Shown: one piece after another, positions 18,336 to 27,171 of the stretch
Numbering within the stretch: the first letter of the stretch is position 1
Layout: each line of letters opens with the position of its first letter
Assembly: GCA_947487895.1 (NCBI GenBank)
Contig: CANKYF010000007.1
Location: 12,196 to 76,195 of the forward strand
Direction: 5' to 3'
Length of the DNA: 64,000 nucleotides
Source: an uncultured Flavobacteriaceae bacterium
GTDB lineage: Bacteria; Bacteroidota; Bacteroidia; Flavobacteriales; Flavobacteriaceae
Program-made: the position numbers and the translations under genes
Notes under the pieces: model-generated
The model's database searches: none
Told to the model about the DNA's origin: nothing
What the model saw: only the letters and a program-made list of their open reading frames with translations

Positions 18336-21122
18336 ATGAAAAAACATTACCTAATTTCACTTTTTGCCTTATTGTTTTCATTTATGGCATTCTCTCAAAA
18401 TGGGAATATTCAAGGTAAAATTATTGACGAAAAAGGATTAACAGTTCCTTTTGCCAATGTATTAATAGAATCAGAAAACAAAGGTGTTATTTCTGATGCA
18501 GATGGAAAGTTTACTTTCGTTAATATTCCTTCAGGAACTAAAACTATCAAAGTTATGTATTTGGGCTATTCAGATACCGAAACTCAAGTTGAGGTTAATG
18601 AAGGCTTAACATCCAATGTTACCATCACAATTGAAGCTAAAGCATTAGAATTAGACAATGTGATAGTTAATGGTTACAACAGTGGGCAAGCAAAAGCCTT
18701 AAACGCACAAAAGAATAAACAGAATATTACTAATGTAGTATCTACAGACCAAATAGGTAAATTTCCAGATGCTAATATTGGTGATGCTGTAAAACGCATA
18801 CCTGGTATTACAATGCAAGTAGATCAAGGTGAAGCTAGAAATATTATAGTAAGAGGTTTAGCGCCGCAATTAAATTCTGTTACTTTAAACGGAAGTAGAA
18901 TTCCTTCTGCTGAAGGTGACAACAGAAATATACAAATGGATTTGATTCCATCTGATATGATTCAGCTTATTGAAGTTAATAAAGCTGTAACTCCAGATAT
19001 GGATGCAGACGCCTTAGGTGGTTCTGTAAACTTAGTAACTAGAACATCTCCTAACGGATTTAGAGCAGCTGCTACATTAGGCTCTGGTATCAACTTTATT
19101 ACAGACAAACGTATCATTAATGGCTCTTTTTTAGTGGGAGATAAGTCTAAGGATGGTAAATTTGGTTGGATGGCTTCAGCGTCTATAAACGATTCTGATT
19201 TTGGATCTGATAATATAGAATTTGAATGGGATGATAGCGAAGAAGATTTTATTAAAGAGCATGATATTAGAACGTATTTAGTACAGCGTATAAGACGTAG
19301 TTTTTCAGTTAATTTTGATTATGCTTTTGATGCTAATAATAAAGTATTTCTAAAAACAATGTATAACTGGAGAGACGATAGAGAAAATCGTTTCAGGTTA
19401 CGTTATAGAAGCATTGAATTTATAGATGAAAACAATCCTGCATTAGGTTATCAAGGAGAAATTAGAAGGCAAACTAAAGGAGGAATTGATAACAACAGAA
19501 ATAAAAATACGCGTTTAGAAGACCAGCGTATGCAAAACTACAGTTTAGGAGGTGAGCATCTATTTGGAAAGTTAGAATTTGATTGGATGACATCATTCGC
19601 TAAAGCTTCCGAAGAAAGATTAAATGAACGTTATATTTCTTATGAATTAGAAGAAACTTCAGGAGGTGTTCCAATTCCTTTCAATATAGATTTATCAGAT
19701 ACTGAGTTCCCAGTTATAACTCCAGTTAATGCTAGTGATGTTGCATTAAGTAATTACAGTTTAAAAGAAATTACTGAAGAAAATCAGTATACATATGAAG
19801 AAGATATTAATACGTTCATTAATTTTAAATTACCAGTAGATTTAGTTGGTAATGGTGGTTTTGTGAAGTTTGGAGGTAGAGTAAGACTTAAAGAAAAAGT
19901 AAGAGATAATAGCTTTTTTGAATACTCTCCAGAAACGGCAAATTTTGATGACTTTTCAGCATTACCAGTGGTAGATAAAACAAACCCAGACTATTTAGCG
20001 GGAAGCCAATATGTAGCGGGTAACTTTGTAGATCCAGAATTTTTAGGTCAGTTAGATTTTAAAAATACATCTTTATTTGAAGAAGAAGATTTACCAGAAG
20101 AGTATGAAAGTGGTAACTTTAATGTTAAAGAAGATGTTTTTGCGGCTTATGTTATGACTGAGCAAAATTTAACTGATAAGTTATCTGTTTTAACAGGTGT
20201 TCGTGTTGAGAATACATCTGTTGAAAGTGAAGGATTTGCATTAGAGTTTAACGAAGACGGAGATTATGTAGGATCTGAATTAGTTAAAGATAAAGAAGCA
20301 TATGTTCATATTCTACCAAGTGCTCATTTTAAATATAATTTAAATGATAATACAGTATTGCGTTTTGCTTGGACAAATACTTTGGCAAGACCAAACTATC
20401 AAGATTTAGTGCCTTTTGAAATAACTGTTAACGAAGATGATGAGATTTTCCGTGGTAATACAGAGTTAAGTGCTACAGAATCTATGAATTTCGATGTAAT
20501 GGGAGAACACTATTTTAAAAATGTTGGAATTATTTCAGCAGGTATTTTTCATAAAGAGATCAAAGATTTCATTTATACAAATGTAACAGAACAAGGTAAT
20601 TTTGATGTTTTCCAGCCAAAAAATGGCGATGATGCTAGTATTTCTGGAGCGGAGTTTTCTTTTCAACGTAACTTAGACTTTTTACCAGGAGTGCTTAAAA
20701 ATTTAAGTGTAATGCTTAACTACACATACTTAACTTCTGATGCAGACGGGATTAAAAATGGCGATGGCGAAGAAAGAACGGATGTAGATTTACCAGGTAC
20801 TACACCAAATATGTTTAATGGATCTTTAGCGTATAGTGGTAAAAAATTAAACGTACGTTTATCAGCTAATTTTTCAGATGCTTATGTAGATGAAGTAGGA
20901 GGAAATAAATGGGAAGACAGGTATTATGATCAGCAGTTTTTATTAGATTTTAATGCATCTTATGCATTCAATGATAATTTACGTATGTATTTTGATTTAA
21001 ATAATATAACAGATCAACCATTACGTTATTATCAAGGTGTTTCTAATAGAACTATGCAAGCTGAGTACTACGGAAGACGTATGACATTTGGTTTGAAATA
21101 TGATTTATTTAAAAAGAAATAA
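18336..21122 (+). CDS. TonB-dependent receptor (phytase-associated)
   Basis: Signal peptide, CarboxypepD-like N-domain, plug PDANIGDAVKRIPG and DADALGGSVNL, C-terminal barrel. Confidence 0.92.
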   Translation: MKKHYLISLFALLFSFMAFSQNGNIQGKIIDEKGLTVPFANVLIESENKGVISDADGKFTFVNIPSGTKTIKVMYLGYSDTETQVEVNEGLTSNVTITIEAKALELDNVIVNGYNSGQAKALNAQKNKQNITNVVSTDQIGKFPDANIGDAVKRIPGITMQVDQGEARNIIVRGLAPQLNSVTLNGSRIPSAEGDNRNIQMDLIPSDMIQLIEVNKAVTPDMDADALGGSVNLVTRTSPNGFRAAATLGSGINFITDKRIINGSFLVGDKSKDGKFGWMASASINDSDFGSDNIEFEWDDSEEDFIKEHDIRTYLVQRIRRSFSVNFDYAFDANNKVFLKTMYNWRDDRENRFRLRYRSIEFIDENNPALGYQGEIRRQTKGGIDNNRNKNTRLEDQRMQNYSLGGEHLFGKLEFDWMTSFAKASEERLNERYISYELEETSGGVPIPFNIDLSDTEFPVITPVNASDVALSNYSLKEITEENQYTYEEDINTFINFKLPVDLVGNGGFVKFGGRVRLKEKVRDNSFFEYSPETANFDDFSALPVVDKTNPDYLAGSQYVAGNFVDPEFLGQLDFKNTSLFEEEDLPEEYESGNFNVKEDVFAAYVMTEQNLTDKLSVLTGVRVENTSVESEGFALEFNEDGDYVGSELVKDKEAYVHILPSAHFKYNLNDNTVLRFAWTNTLARPNYQDLVPFEITVNEDDEIFRGNTELSATESMNFDVMGEHYFKNVGIISAGIFHKEIKDFIYTNVTEQGNFDVFQPKNGDDASISGAEFSFQRNLDFLPGVLKNLSVMLNYTYLTSDADGIKNGDGEERTDVDLPGTTPNMFNGSLAYSGKKLNVRLSANFSDAYVDEVGGNKWEDRYYDQQFLLDFNASYAFNDNLRMYFDLNNITDQPLRYYQGVSNRTMQAEYYGRRMTFGLKYDLFKKK

Positions 21123-21129
21123 TACATCT

Positions 21130-22137
21130 ATGATGAATAGAATTTTAATTATAGTTGGATTAGTATTAGTGTCATGTGGGAAGAAGTTGCCTGTAATTGC
21201 ACCAGATGTTATTACAGAAAAGACGTTACATGATACTGATGATCCTGCTATATGGATAAGCAAAAACGATGCTTCTAAAAGTATCGTTTTTGGTACTGAT
21301 AAAAATACTGAAGGTGCTATTTATGCCTTTGATTTAGACGGGAAAATTATTGAAGACAAAACTATTAGGGGTTTAATGCGTCCTAATAATGTAGATTTAG
21401 AATATGATTTTCAATTAAATGATTCCACCCAAGTTGATGTCATTGCTTTTACAGAAAGAGAGCGTCAACAAATACGTTTATTTTCTGTACCAGATATGAA
21501 ACCATTAGATAATGGTGGTTTTAAGGTTTTTGAAGATGCTACAGAGCCAGAAGCTAATTTACCTATGGGGATTGCGCTATATAAATCTTCAGAATCAAAT
21601 AAACTTTATGCTATTGTAGGCAGAAAAACAGGTCCTAAAAATGAGTATTTATATCAATATGAATTCTTATCAGATAGTTTAGGGGTAAATTCTAAACTAG
21701 TTAGGAAGTTTGGAGAGTTTAGCGGTAAAAAAGAAATTGAAGCAATTGCTGTAAACAATAAAGAAGGTATTGTGTATTATTCTGATGAAGGGCATTGTAT
21801 TAGAAAATACCATGCAGAACCATCTAAAGGTAATAAAGAAATTTATTGTTTTGGTGGCGATTATTTTAAAGAAGATATTGAAGGGATAGCTATTGCAAAT
21901 TATCCAGGAAAGTCATTTTTAATTGTATCTAATCAGCAAGCAGGAACGTTTAACATTTTTGACGTTAATACCAATGCATTTTTAAAGGAAATTAATTTAG
22001 GAACAATAGGAACAGATGGCTGTGAAGTCACTACTATGTCTTTGGGAGATAAATTTCCAAACGGCTTATTTGTAAGCATGAATGATGATAAATCTTTTTT
22101 CTTTCACGATTTAAAGAAACTCAATTTACTTGAGTAG
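21130..22137 (+). CDS. Beta-propeller phytase, lipoprotein (start moved to ATG 21130)
   Basis: DTDDPAIW, GTDK, YAFDLDGK, NNVD, EIEAI, DIEGIAI, TDGCEV; lipobox LVSC. Confidence 0.9.
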   Translation: MMNRILIIVGLVLVSCGKKLPVIAPDVITEKTLHDTDDPAIWISKNDASKSIVFGTDKNTEGAIYAFDLDGKIIEDKTIRGLMRPNNVDLEYDFQLNDSTQVDVIAFTERERQQIRLFSVPDMKPLDNGGFKVFEDATEPEANLPMGIALYKSSESNKLYAIVGRKTGPKNEYLYQYEFLSDSLGVNSKLVRKFGEFSGKKEIEAIAVNNKEGIVYYSDEGHCIRKYHAEPSKGNKEIYCFGGDYFKEDIEGIAIANYPGKSFLIVSNQQAGTFNIFDVNTNAFLKEINLGTIGTDGCEVTTMSLGDKFPNGLFVSMNDDKSFFFHDLKKLNLLE

Positions 22138-22158
22138 TTTAATTTTTTTGACACATCT

Positions 22159-22192
22159 AAAAGCTCTTTTTAATTTTATAAGAGCTTTTTTT
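22159..22192 (+). terminator. Intrinsic terminator after the phytase gene
   Basis: aaaagctctt...aagagctttttt. Confidence 0.75.
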
Positions 22193-22273
22193 ATTGATAT
22201 TAATTAAAGAATTTATTAAATTAGGCTATTGCATTTGCAATTATTGTTGTGTTTCACTTAAAAATTAACAGGT

Positions 22274-22537
22274 ATGCTTCCATTTAGATCAGAAATTAGG
22301 AACTCCCCAATGCAACCTACTATTAAAATTTTTTTAGGCGATGTGTCTTTAGACGAACGTATAAAAAAACATTTAGATCACTTTAATGAAATAGATTCTA
22401 TTGAAATTAGAAAAAGCGTAGAACGTAACCGTGTTGGTGAAAACTTAACGGTTTTTCTAAAAGAAAATGTAGATATTAATAGAATGAAATCATCAATAGA
22501 TTCTAGTCTTTGGTGGTATTTTGAAAAGGAATATTAG
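22274..22537 (+). CDS. Hypothetical 87-aa protein
   Basis: Stand-alone ORF with normal composition; no family recognised. Confidence 0.7.
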   Translation: MLPFRSEIRNSPMQPTIKIFLGDVSLDERIKKHLDHFNEIDSIEIRKSVERNRVGENLTVFLKENVDINRMKSSIDSSLWWYFEKEY

Positions 22538-22598
22538 GATAAGTGGTTAAAGTTTAAATATTATATATTTTCTTTTAATTTTTTGCGTTATATAAAAC

Positions 22599-23357
22599 GT
22601 GAAACAATTTTCTTGCGTCTTCTTTTTATTGGTTTTTTGGTTTGGTTTTTCTCAAAATGAGACCAAGCCTAAATTTATTCACGTATTTGTTGCGCTTTGT
22701 GATAATGAAAACCAAGGTATAGTACCTGTTTCTACAAAATTAGGAAATGGTCAAGACCCAATTAATAATTTATACTGGGGAGCACTTTATGGAGTTAAAA
22801 CACATTTTAAAAGAAGTAAAGATTGGAGTTTAATTTCTACACAAAAGAATCCAAATAAGCATATTTTAGAAAGAGCATTATTTAAGCATAATAATACCGA
22901 TACATATTTATTAGCAGATGCTTACGATGGTAAATTTATCAAACAAACTATTACAGACTTCTTAGAAGCATCTGCAGGAAGAAATCCTGAAACTGTAGAA
23001 CAAAAACCTTTTGGAGGTGCTGCAGATTTGGTTGCTTATGTTGGGCACAACGGACTTATGGAATTCTCTGTTTCGGGAGATTTTAAACCCATTAATGATG
23101 ACAAAAGAGATGCTATAATTTTAGCCTGCATTAGCAAAGATTATTTTAAACCTTATTTAGAAGAAACAAAAGCAAATCCAATAGTATGGTCAACAGGATT
23201 AATGTCTCCAGAAGTGTATACTTTAAATTGGGCTATTGATGGATGGATTAAAGATGAAACTGGTACTCAAATTAGAGAACGAGCTGCTCAAGCTTATAAT
23301 AAGTATCAGAAATGTGGAATTAATGGATCAAGAAGATTATTGGTAACAGGATATTAA
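22599..23357 (+). CDS. Secreted hypothetical protein with clan-CD-like His/Cys motifs
   Basis: Signal peptide (WFGFSQ); DLVAYVGHNG and DAIILACIS. Confidence 0.6.
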   Translation: MKQFSCVFFLLVFWFGFSQNETKPKFIHVFVALCDNENQGIVPVSTKLGNGQDPINNLYWGALYGVKTHFKRSKDWSLISTQKNPNKHILERALFKHNNTDTYLLADAYDGKFIKQTITDFLEASAGRNPETVEQKPFGGAADLVAYVGHNGLMEFSVSGDFKPINDDKRDAIILACISKDYFKPYLEETKANPIVWSTGLMSPEVYTLNWAIDGWIKDETGTQIRERAAQAYNKYQKCGINGSRRLLVTGY

Positions 23358-23358
23358 T

Positions 23359-24144
23359 ATGCATAGAGTTTTAATGGTTTGTTTATTATTTGAAATAGTT
23401 TCTTGTAAACCTCCAGAAACTAAAAAACAAATTGTAAGCATTCAATCTAATAATATTGAATTAAGTGAAATTAATGAAAATAAAGCTTATTCAATAGATA
23501 GTTTAAAACTTGGAATTAATTTTAAACCCAAAGGAAATTACAATAGTATTAAGAACGGTGTGACAATAGATAAAACATATTTTAAACGTTTATATGAATC
23601 AAACTCTAATAAATCAATTGATTCCGTTTCACAATATTTATATTCTAAATTATTGAATGACATTATGCCTCATTGGTATGGTACTCCTTGGGATTTTAAT
23701 GGTCATACTAATATACCAAATGAAGGAGAAATTGCATGTGGTTACTTTGTGTCTACTACCTTAAAACATTTAGGCTTTAATTTGAATAGATATAGAATGG
23801 CACAACAAGCTGGACTTAATGAAGCTAAAACTTTGCAGAATAAGTCTGAGTTAAAAATCTTTTCTAACCTAATCTTTTCAAAATTAAAAAATAAGCTTAA
23901 TGAAGTTTATGATGATGGCATTTACTTTGTGGGATTAGATAACCATGTTGGATATCTTCTTATAAAAGACGAAGAATTATATTTTTTACATTCAAGTTAT
24001 TATGATAATAAAGTAATGATTGAATTAGCTGAAACCTCGCCTTGTTTTGGTTCAGGTATTTATGTATTTGCTGAAATCACATCAAATAAGGAATTAATTA
24101 GAAAATGGATTTTTAATGAAGAGTTAGTGGTTTCAACAAGCTAG
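23359..24144 (+). CDS. Probable lipoprotein with an NlpC/P60-like papain fold
   Basis: IVSC lipobox-like; WYGTPWDFNG...IACGYFV...DNHVG...LHSSY. Confidence 0.65.
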   Translation: MHRVLMVCLLFEIVSCKPPETKKQIVSIQSNNIELSEINENKAYSIDSLKLGINFKPKGNYNSIKNGVTIDKTYFKRLYESNSNKSIDSVSQYLYSKLLNDIMPHWYGTPWDFNGHTNIPNEGEIACGYFVSTTLKHLGFNLNRYRMAQQAGLNEAKTLQNKSELKIFSNLIFSKLKNKLNEVYDDGIYFVGLDNHVGYLLIKDEELYFLHSSYYDNKVMIELAETSPCFGSGIYVFAEITSNKELIRKWIFNEELVVSTS

Positions 24145-24160
24145 AAATAATTTGACGTTC

Positions 24161-24228
24161 GTCACTTCGAGTGATTCCGAAGTATGAGGAATTGTACTTC
24201 GACTTTGCTCAGCAGAACTATCGAGAAG
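24161..24228. repeat. REP-like element with a nested second REP flanked by TA
   Basis: The outer element matches 31501-31544; the insert 24197-24218 is the reverse complement of the ctgagc..gtcgaag unit. Confidence 0.75.
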
Positions 24229-24236
24229 TATTAAAA

Positions 24237-24264
24237 AAATCCCAAACATTGCTGCTTGGGATTT
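24237..24264. terminator. Terminator-like hairpin between convergent genes
   Basis: aaatcccaa-acattgctgc-ttgggattt. Confidence 0.65.
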
Positions 24265-24289
24265 GTAAATTTAGTTTTGTTTAAAGAGG

Positions 24290-24323
24290 GAGATTGCCAC
24301 GTCGCAAGCTCCTCGCAATGACA
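24290..24323. repeat. REP-like element gagattgccacgtcgcaagctcctcgcaatgaca
   Basis: Reverse-complement counterpart of 4728-4759. Confidence 0.75.
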
Positions 24324-24324
24324 A

Positions 24325-25641
24325 TTAATATCTATAATGCTCAGGTTTGTAAGGACCTTCAACAGTTACACCAATATACTCAGCTTGATCTTCACGTAAT
24401 TCTGTTAACTCTACACCAATTTTAGCTAAGTGTAATTTTGCAACTTTTTCATCTAAGTGTTTAGGTAACATGTATACATCATTTCCATAAGCTTCAGAGT
24501 TGTTCCAAAGTTCAATTTGTGCTAATGTTTGATTAGTAAATGAGTTACTCATTACAAAACTAGGGTGACCAGTAGCACAGCCTAAGTTTACTAAGCGTCC
24601 TTCAGCTAAAATAATAACATCTTTACCATTGATAGTATATTTATCTACTTGTGGCTTAATTTCAATTTTAGTATCACCATAGTTAGCGTTTAACCAAGCC
24701 ATATCAATTTCATTATCAAAATGCCCAATGTTGCAAACAATAGCTTTGTCTTTTAAAGCTTCAAAATGTTTTCCTTGTACAATATCTTTATTTCCAGTTG
24801 TAGTGATAACTACATCAGCATTTCCAACAATAGTTTCTAAGCGTTTTACTTCAAAACCATCCATTGCAGCTTGTAAAGCGCAAATTGGGTCAATTTCAGT
24901 AACGGTTACAATACTACCTGCACCTCTAAATGAAGCAGCAGTACCTTTACCAACATCTCCATAACCACAAACAACTACACGTTTACCTGCTAACATTAAG
25001 TCTGTAGCTCTTCTAATAGCATCTACAGCACTTTCTTTACATCCGTATTTGTTGTCAAATTTTGATTTTGTAACAGAATCATTCACATTAATAGCAGGCA
25101 TTGGTAGCGTGCCATTTTTAACGCGCTCATATAAACGGTGAACTCCTGTTGTAGTTTCTTCACTTAAACCTTTAATGTCTCCAACTAATTCTGGGTATTT
25201 ATCTAAAACCATATTAGTTAAATCTCCACCATCATCAAGAATCATGTTTAATGGTTTTTTGTCTTCTCCAAAGAATAGAGTTTGTTCAATACACCAATCA
25301 AATTCTTCTTCGTTCATGTTTTTCCAAGCGTAAACTGCAGTTCCTGCATCTGCAATGGCAGCAGCAGCATGATCTTGCGTTGAAAAAATATTACAAGAAC
25401 TCCAAGTCACTTCGGCACCTAAAGCTTGTAATGTTTCAATTAATACGGCAGTTTGAATGGTCATGTGTAAACAACCAGCAATACGCGCTCCTTTAAGAGG
25501 TTGAGAGTCTTTATACTCTTCACGTAAGCTCATTAAACCTGGCATTTCAGCTTCGGCTAATTCTATTTCTTTTCTTCCCCAAGCAGCTAATGAAATATCT
25601 TTAACCTTATTAGGAACGTAAGCAACTGTTTTTGTACTCAT
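24325..25641 (-). CDS. ahcY: S-adenosylhomocysteine hydrolase
   Basis: [56 protein letters not shown]. Confidence 0.98.
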   Translation of the reverse strand: MSTKTVAYVPNKVKDISLAAWGRKEIELAEAEMPGLMSLREEYKDSQPLKGARIAGCLHMTIQTAVLIETLQALGAEVTWSSCNIFSTQDHAAAAIADAGTAVYAWKNMNEEEFDWCIEQTLFFGEDKKPLNMILDDGGDLTNMVLDKYPELVGDIKGLSEETTTGVHRLYERVKNGTLPMPAINVNDSVTKSKFDNKYGCKESAVDAIRRATDLMLAGKRVVVCGYGDVGKGTAASFRGAGSIVTVTEIDPICALQAAMDGFEVKRLETIVGNADVVITTTGNKDIVQGKHFEALKDKAIVCNIGHFDNEIDMAWLNANYGDTKIEIKPQVDKYTINGKDVIILAEGRLVNLGCATGHPSFVMSNSFTNQTLAQIELWNNSEAYGNDVYMLPKHLDEKVAKLHLAKIGVELTELREDQAEYIGVTVEGPYKPEHYRY

Positions 25642-25704
25642 ATTGTTATATTTGTGGGTCTAAATATTGGACTGCAAAGATAACCAATAACTTTCAGAAA
25701 ATAA

Positions 25705-26331
25705 ATGCCTCTTTATAAAACCATTATACCCAATTCACAAACTTGTGTTAAAATTTGGAAGATTACCGAATCTTATAACGAGCTCATAGAGCCTTTAAAA
25801 TTAACAGGTTATAGTTTAAATCGTGTTAATGGTATGAAAAGTGAAATGCATCAACGAGGCTTTTTAAGTGTACGTCATTTACTAAAAGAATTTGGTTATG
25901 CAGATGCCGACTTAATTTATGATGATTGTGGTAAACCTTATTTAAAAGATGGAAAGCAAATTTCAATAACACATTCTTTCAACTTTTCAGCAATGATAGT
26001 AAGTGATGCTATTGTTGGGATAGACTTAGAAAAACAGCGCGATAAAATAACTTTAATAGCGCATAAGTTTATTGATTATGAAACTGACTATTTAAACGAA
26101 ATTGAATCTGATTATATCAAAAAATTAACCTTGATCTGGTGTGTAAAAGAATCGCTATATAAACTTTTTTCAACACCTGGGTTGAGTTTTAAAAAGCATT
26201 GTTTAGCTATTCCTTTTAATGTAGAAGATCAAGAAACCATTGCTTGGATTGATTACGAAAATAAGAAATACCGTTACGATATTCATTTTTTAGAATTTGA
26301 AGGTTTTTCTTGTGCCTATGCTCTTGCTTAA
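25705..26331 (+). CDS. 4'-phosphopantetheinyl transferase family protein
   Basis: GKPYL, ISITHS, VGIDLE, WCVKESLYK. Confidence 0.9.
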   Translation: MPLYKTIIPNSQTCVKIWKITESYNELIEPLKLTGYSLNRVNGMKSEMHQRGFLSVRHLLKEFGYADADLIYDDCGKPYLKDGKQISITHSFNFSAMIVSDAIVGIDLEKQRDKITLIAHKFIDYETDYLNEIESDYIKKLTLIWCVKESLYKLFSTPGLSFKKHCLAIPFNVEDQETIAWIDYENKKYRYDIHFLEFEGFSCAYALA

Positions 26332-27051
26332 ATGAATTCAATTTATCAAAATATACAAACTTCCGTTTCAAAAGGAGAGCAATTACTTGCTGTTTTAATA
26401 GATCCTGATAAAATGGAAATAGATAATGTGCCATCTTTTATTTCTAAATTGAATGGATCTAAAACAACACACGTATTTGTTGGAGGCAGTACTGTTAATG
26501 AAAAAGTGACAGATATTTTAGTTGAAGAAATTAAAAAGCACACCAATACTCCTATTGTTTTATTTCCTGGAGATACTAACCAAATAACTGATAAGGCAGA
26601 TGCTATTTTATTTTTATCTCTAATTTCCGGTAGAAATCCAGAATATCTTATTGGAAAACATGTAAAAGCCGTTTCTAAATTAAAAGATACAAGTTTAGAA
26701 ATAATTTCAACAGGATATATATTAATTGAAAGTGGTAAAGAAACAGCAGTTGAGCGTGTTACAAGAACAAAACCTTTATGTCAAGATAATATTCAAAATA
26801 TAGTTGATACCGCTAAGGCAGGAGAATTTTTAGGTATGAAACTAATCTATCTAGAGGCGGGAAGTGGTGCTTTAAATTCGGTTTCTCAAGATATAATAGC
26901 AAGTGTGAAAGCTCAGGTGAATATTCCTTTAATTGTAGGTGGTGGAATAAGAACTGAAAAACAATTAGAACAGGCTTATGCAGATGGCGCAAATATGGTT
27001 GTAATAGGTACTGCTTTTGAAGAAAATGAGTCTTTTTTTGAATATATTTAA
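26332..27051 (+). CDS. pcrB: Geranylgeranylglyceryl/heptaprenylglyceryl phosphate synthase family
   Basis: LIDPDK, FVGGS, LFPG, SGRNPEYLI, YLEAGSGA, VGGGIR. Confidence 0.9.
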   Translation: MNSIYQNIQTSVSKGEQLLAVLIDPDKMEIDNVPSFISKLNGSKTTHVFVGGSTVNEKVTDILVEEIKKHTNTPIVLFPGDTNQITDKADAILFLSLISGRNPEYLIGKHVKAVSKLKDTSLEIISTGYILIESGKETAVERVTRTKPLCQDNIQNIVDTAKAGEFLGMKLIYLEAGSGALNSVSQDIIASVKAQVNIPLIVGGGIRTEKQLEQAYADGANMVVIGTAFEENESFFEYI

Positions 27052-27171
27052 GTAGCAAATTATAACGCTTTTTATTTAAAAAAACATAATGAAAATCCTT
27101 ACGAGTTACATATTTTAACTATATTGATATCCTAATTTTATAAACGCGCTAAGTCTAAAAAAAGAAAGGGA

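Noticed and set aside
25642-25704. SAH/SAM riboswitch upstream of ahcY
   Set aside because: The gap is only 63 bp, and a TATCTTTG -7 box (minus, 25675-25682) leaves a leader too short for an aptamer
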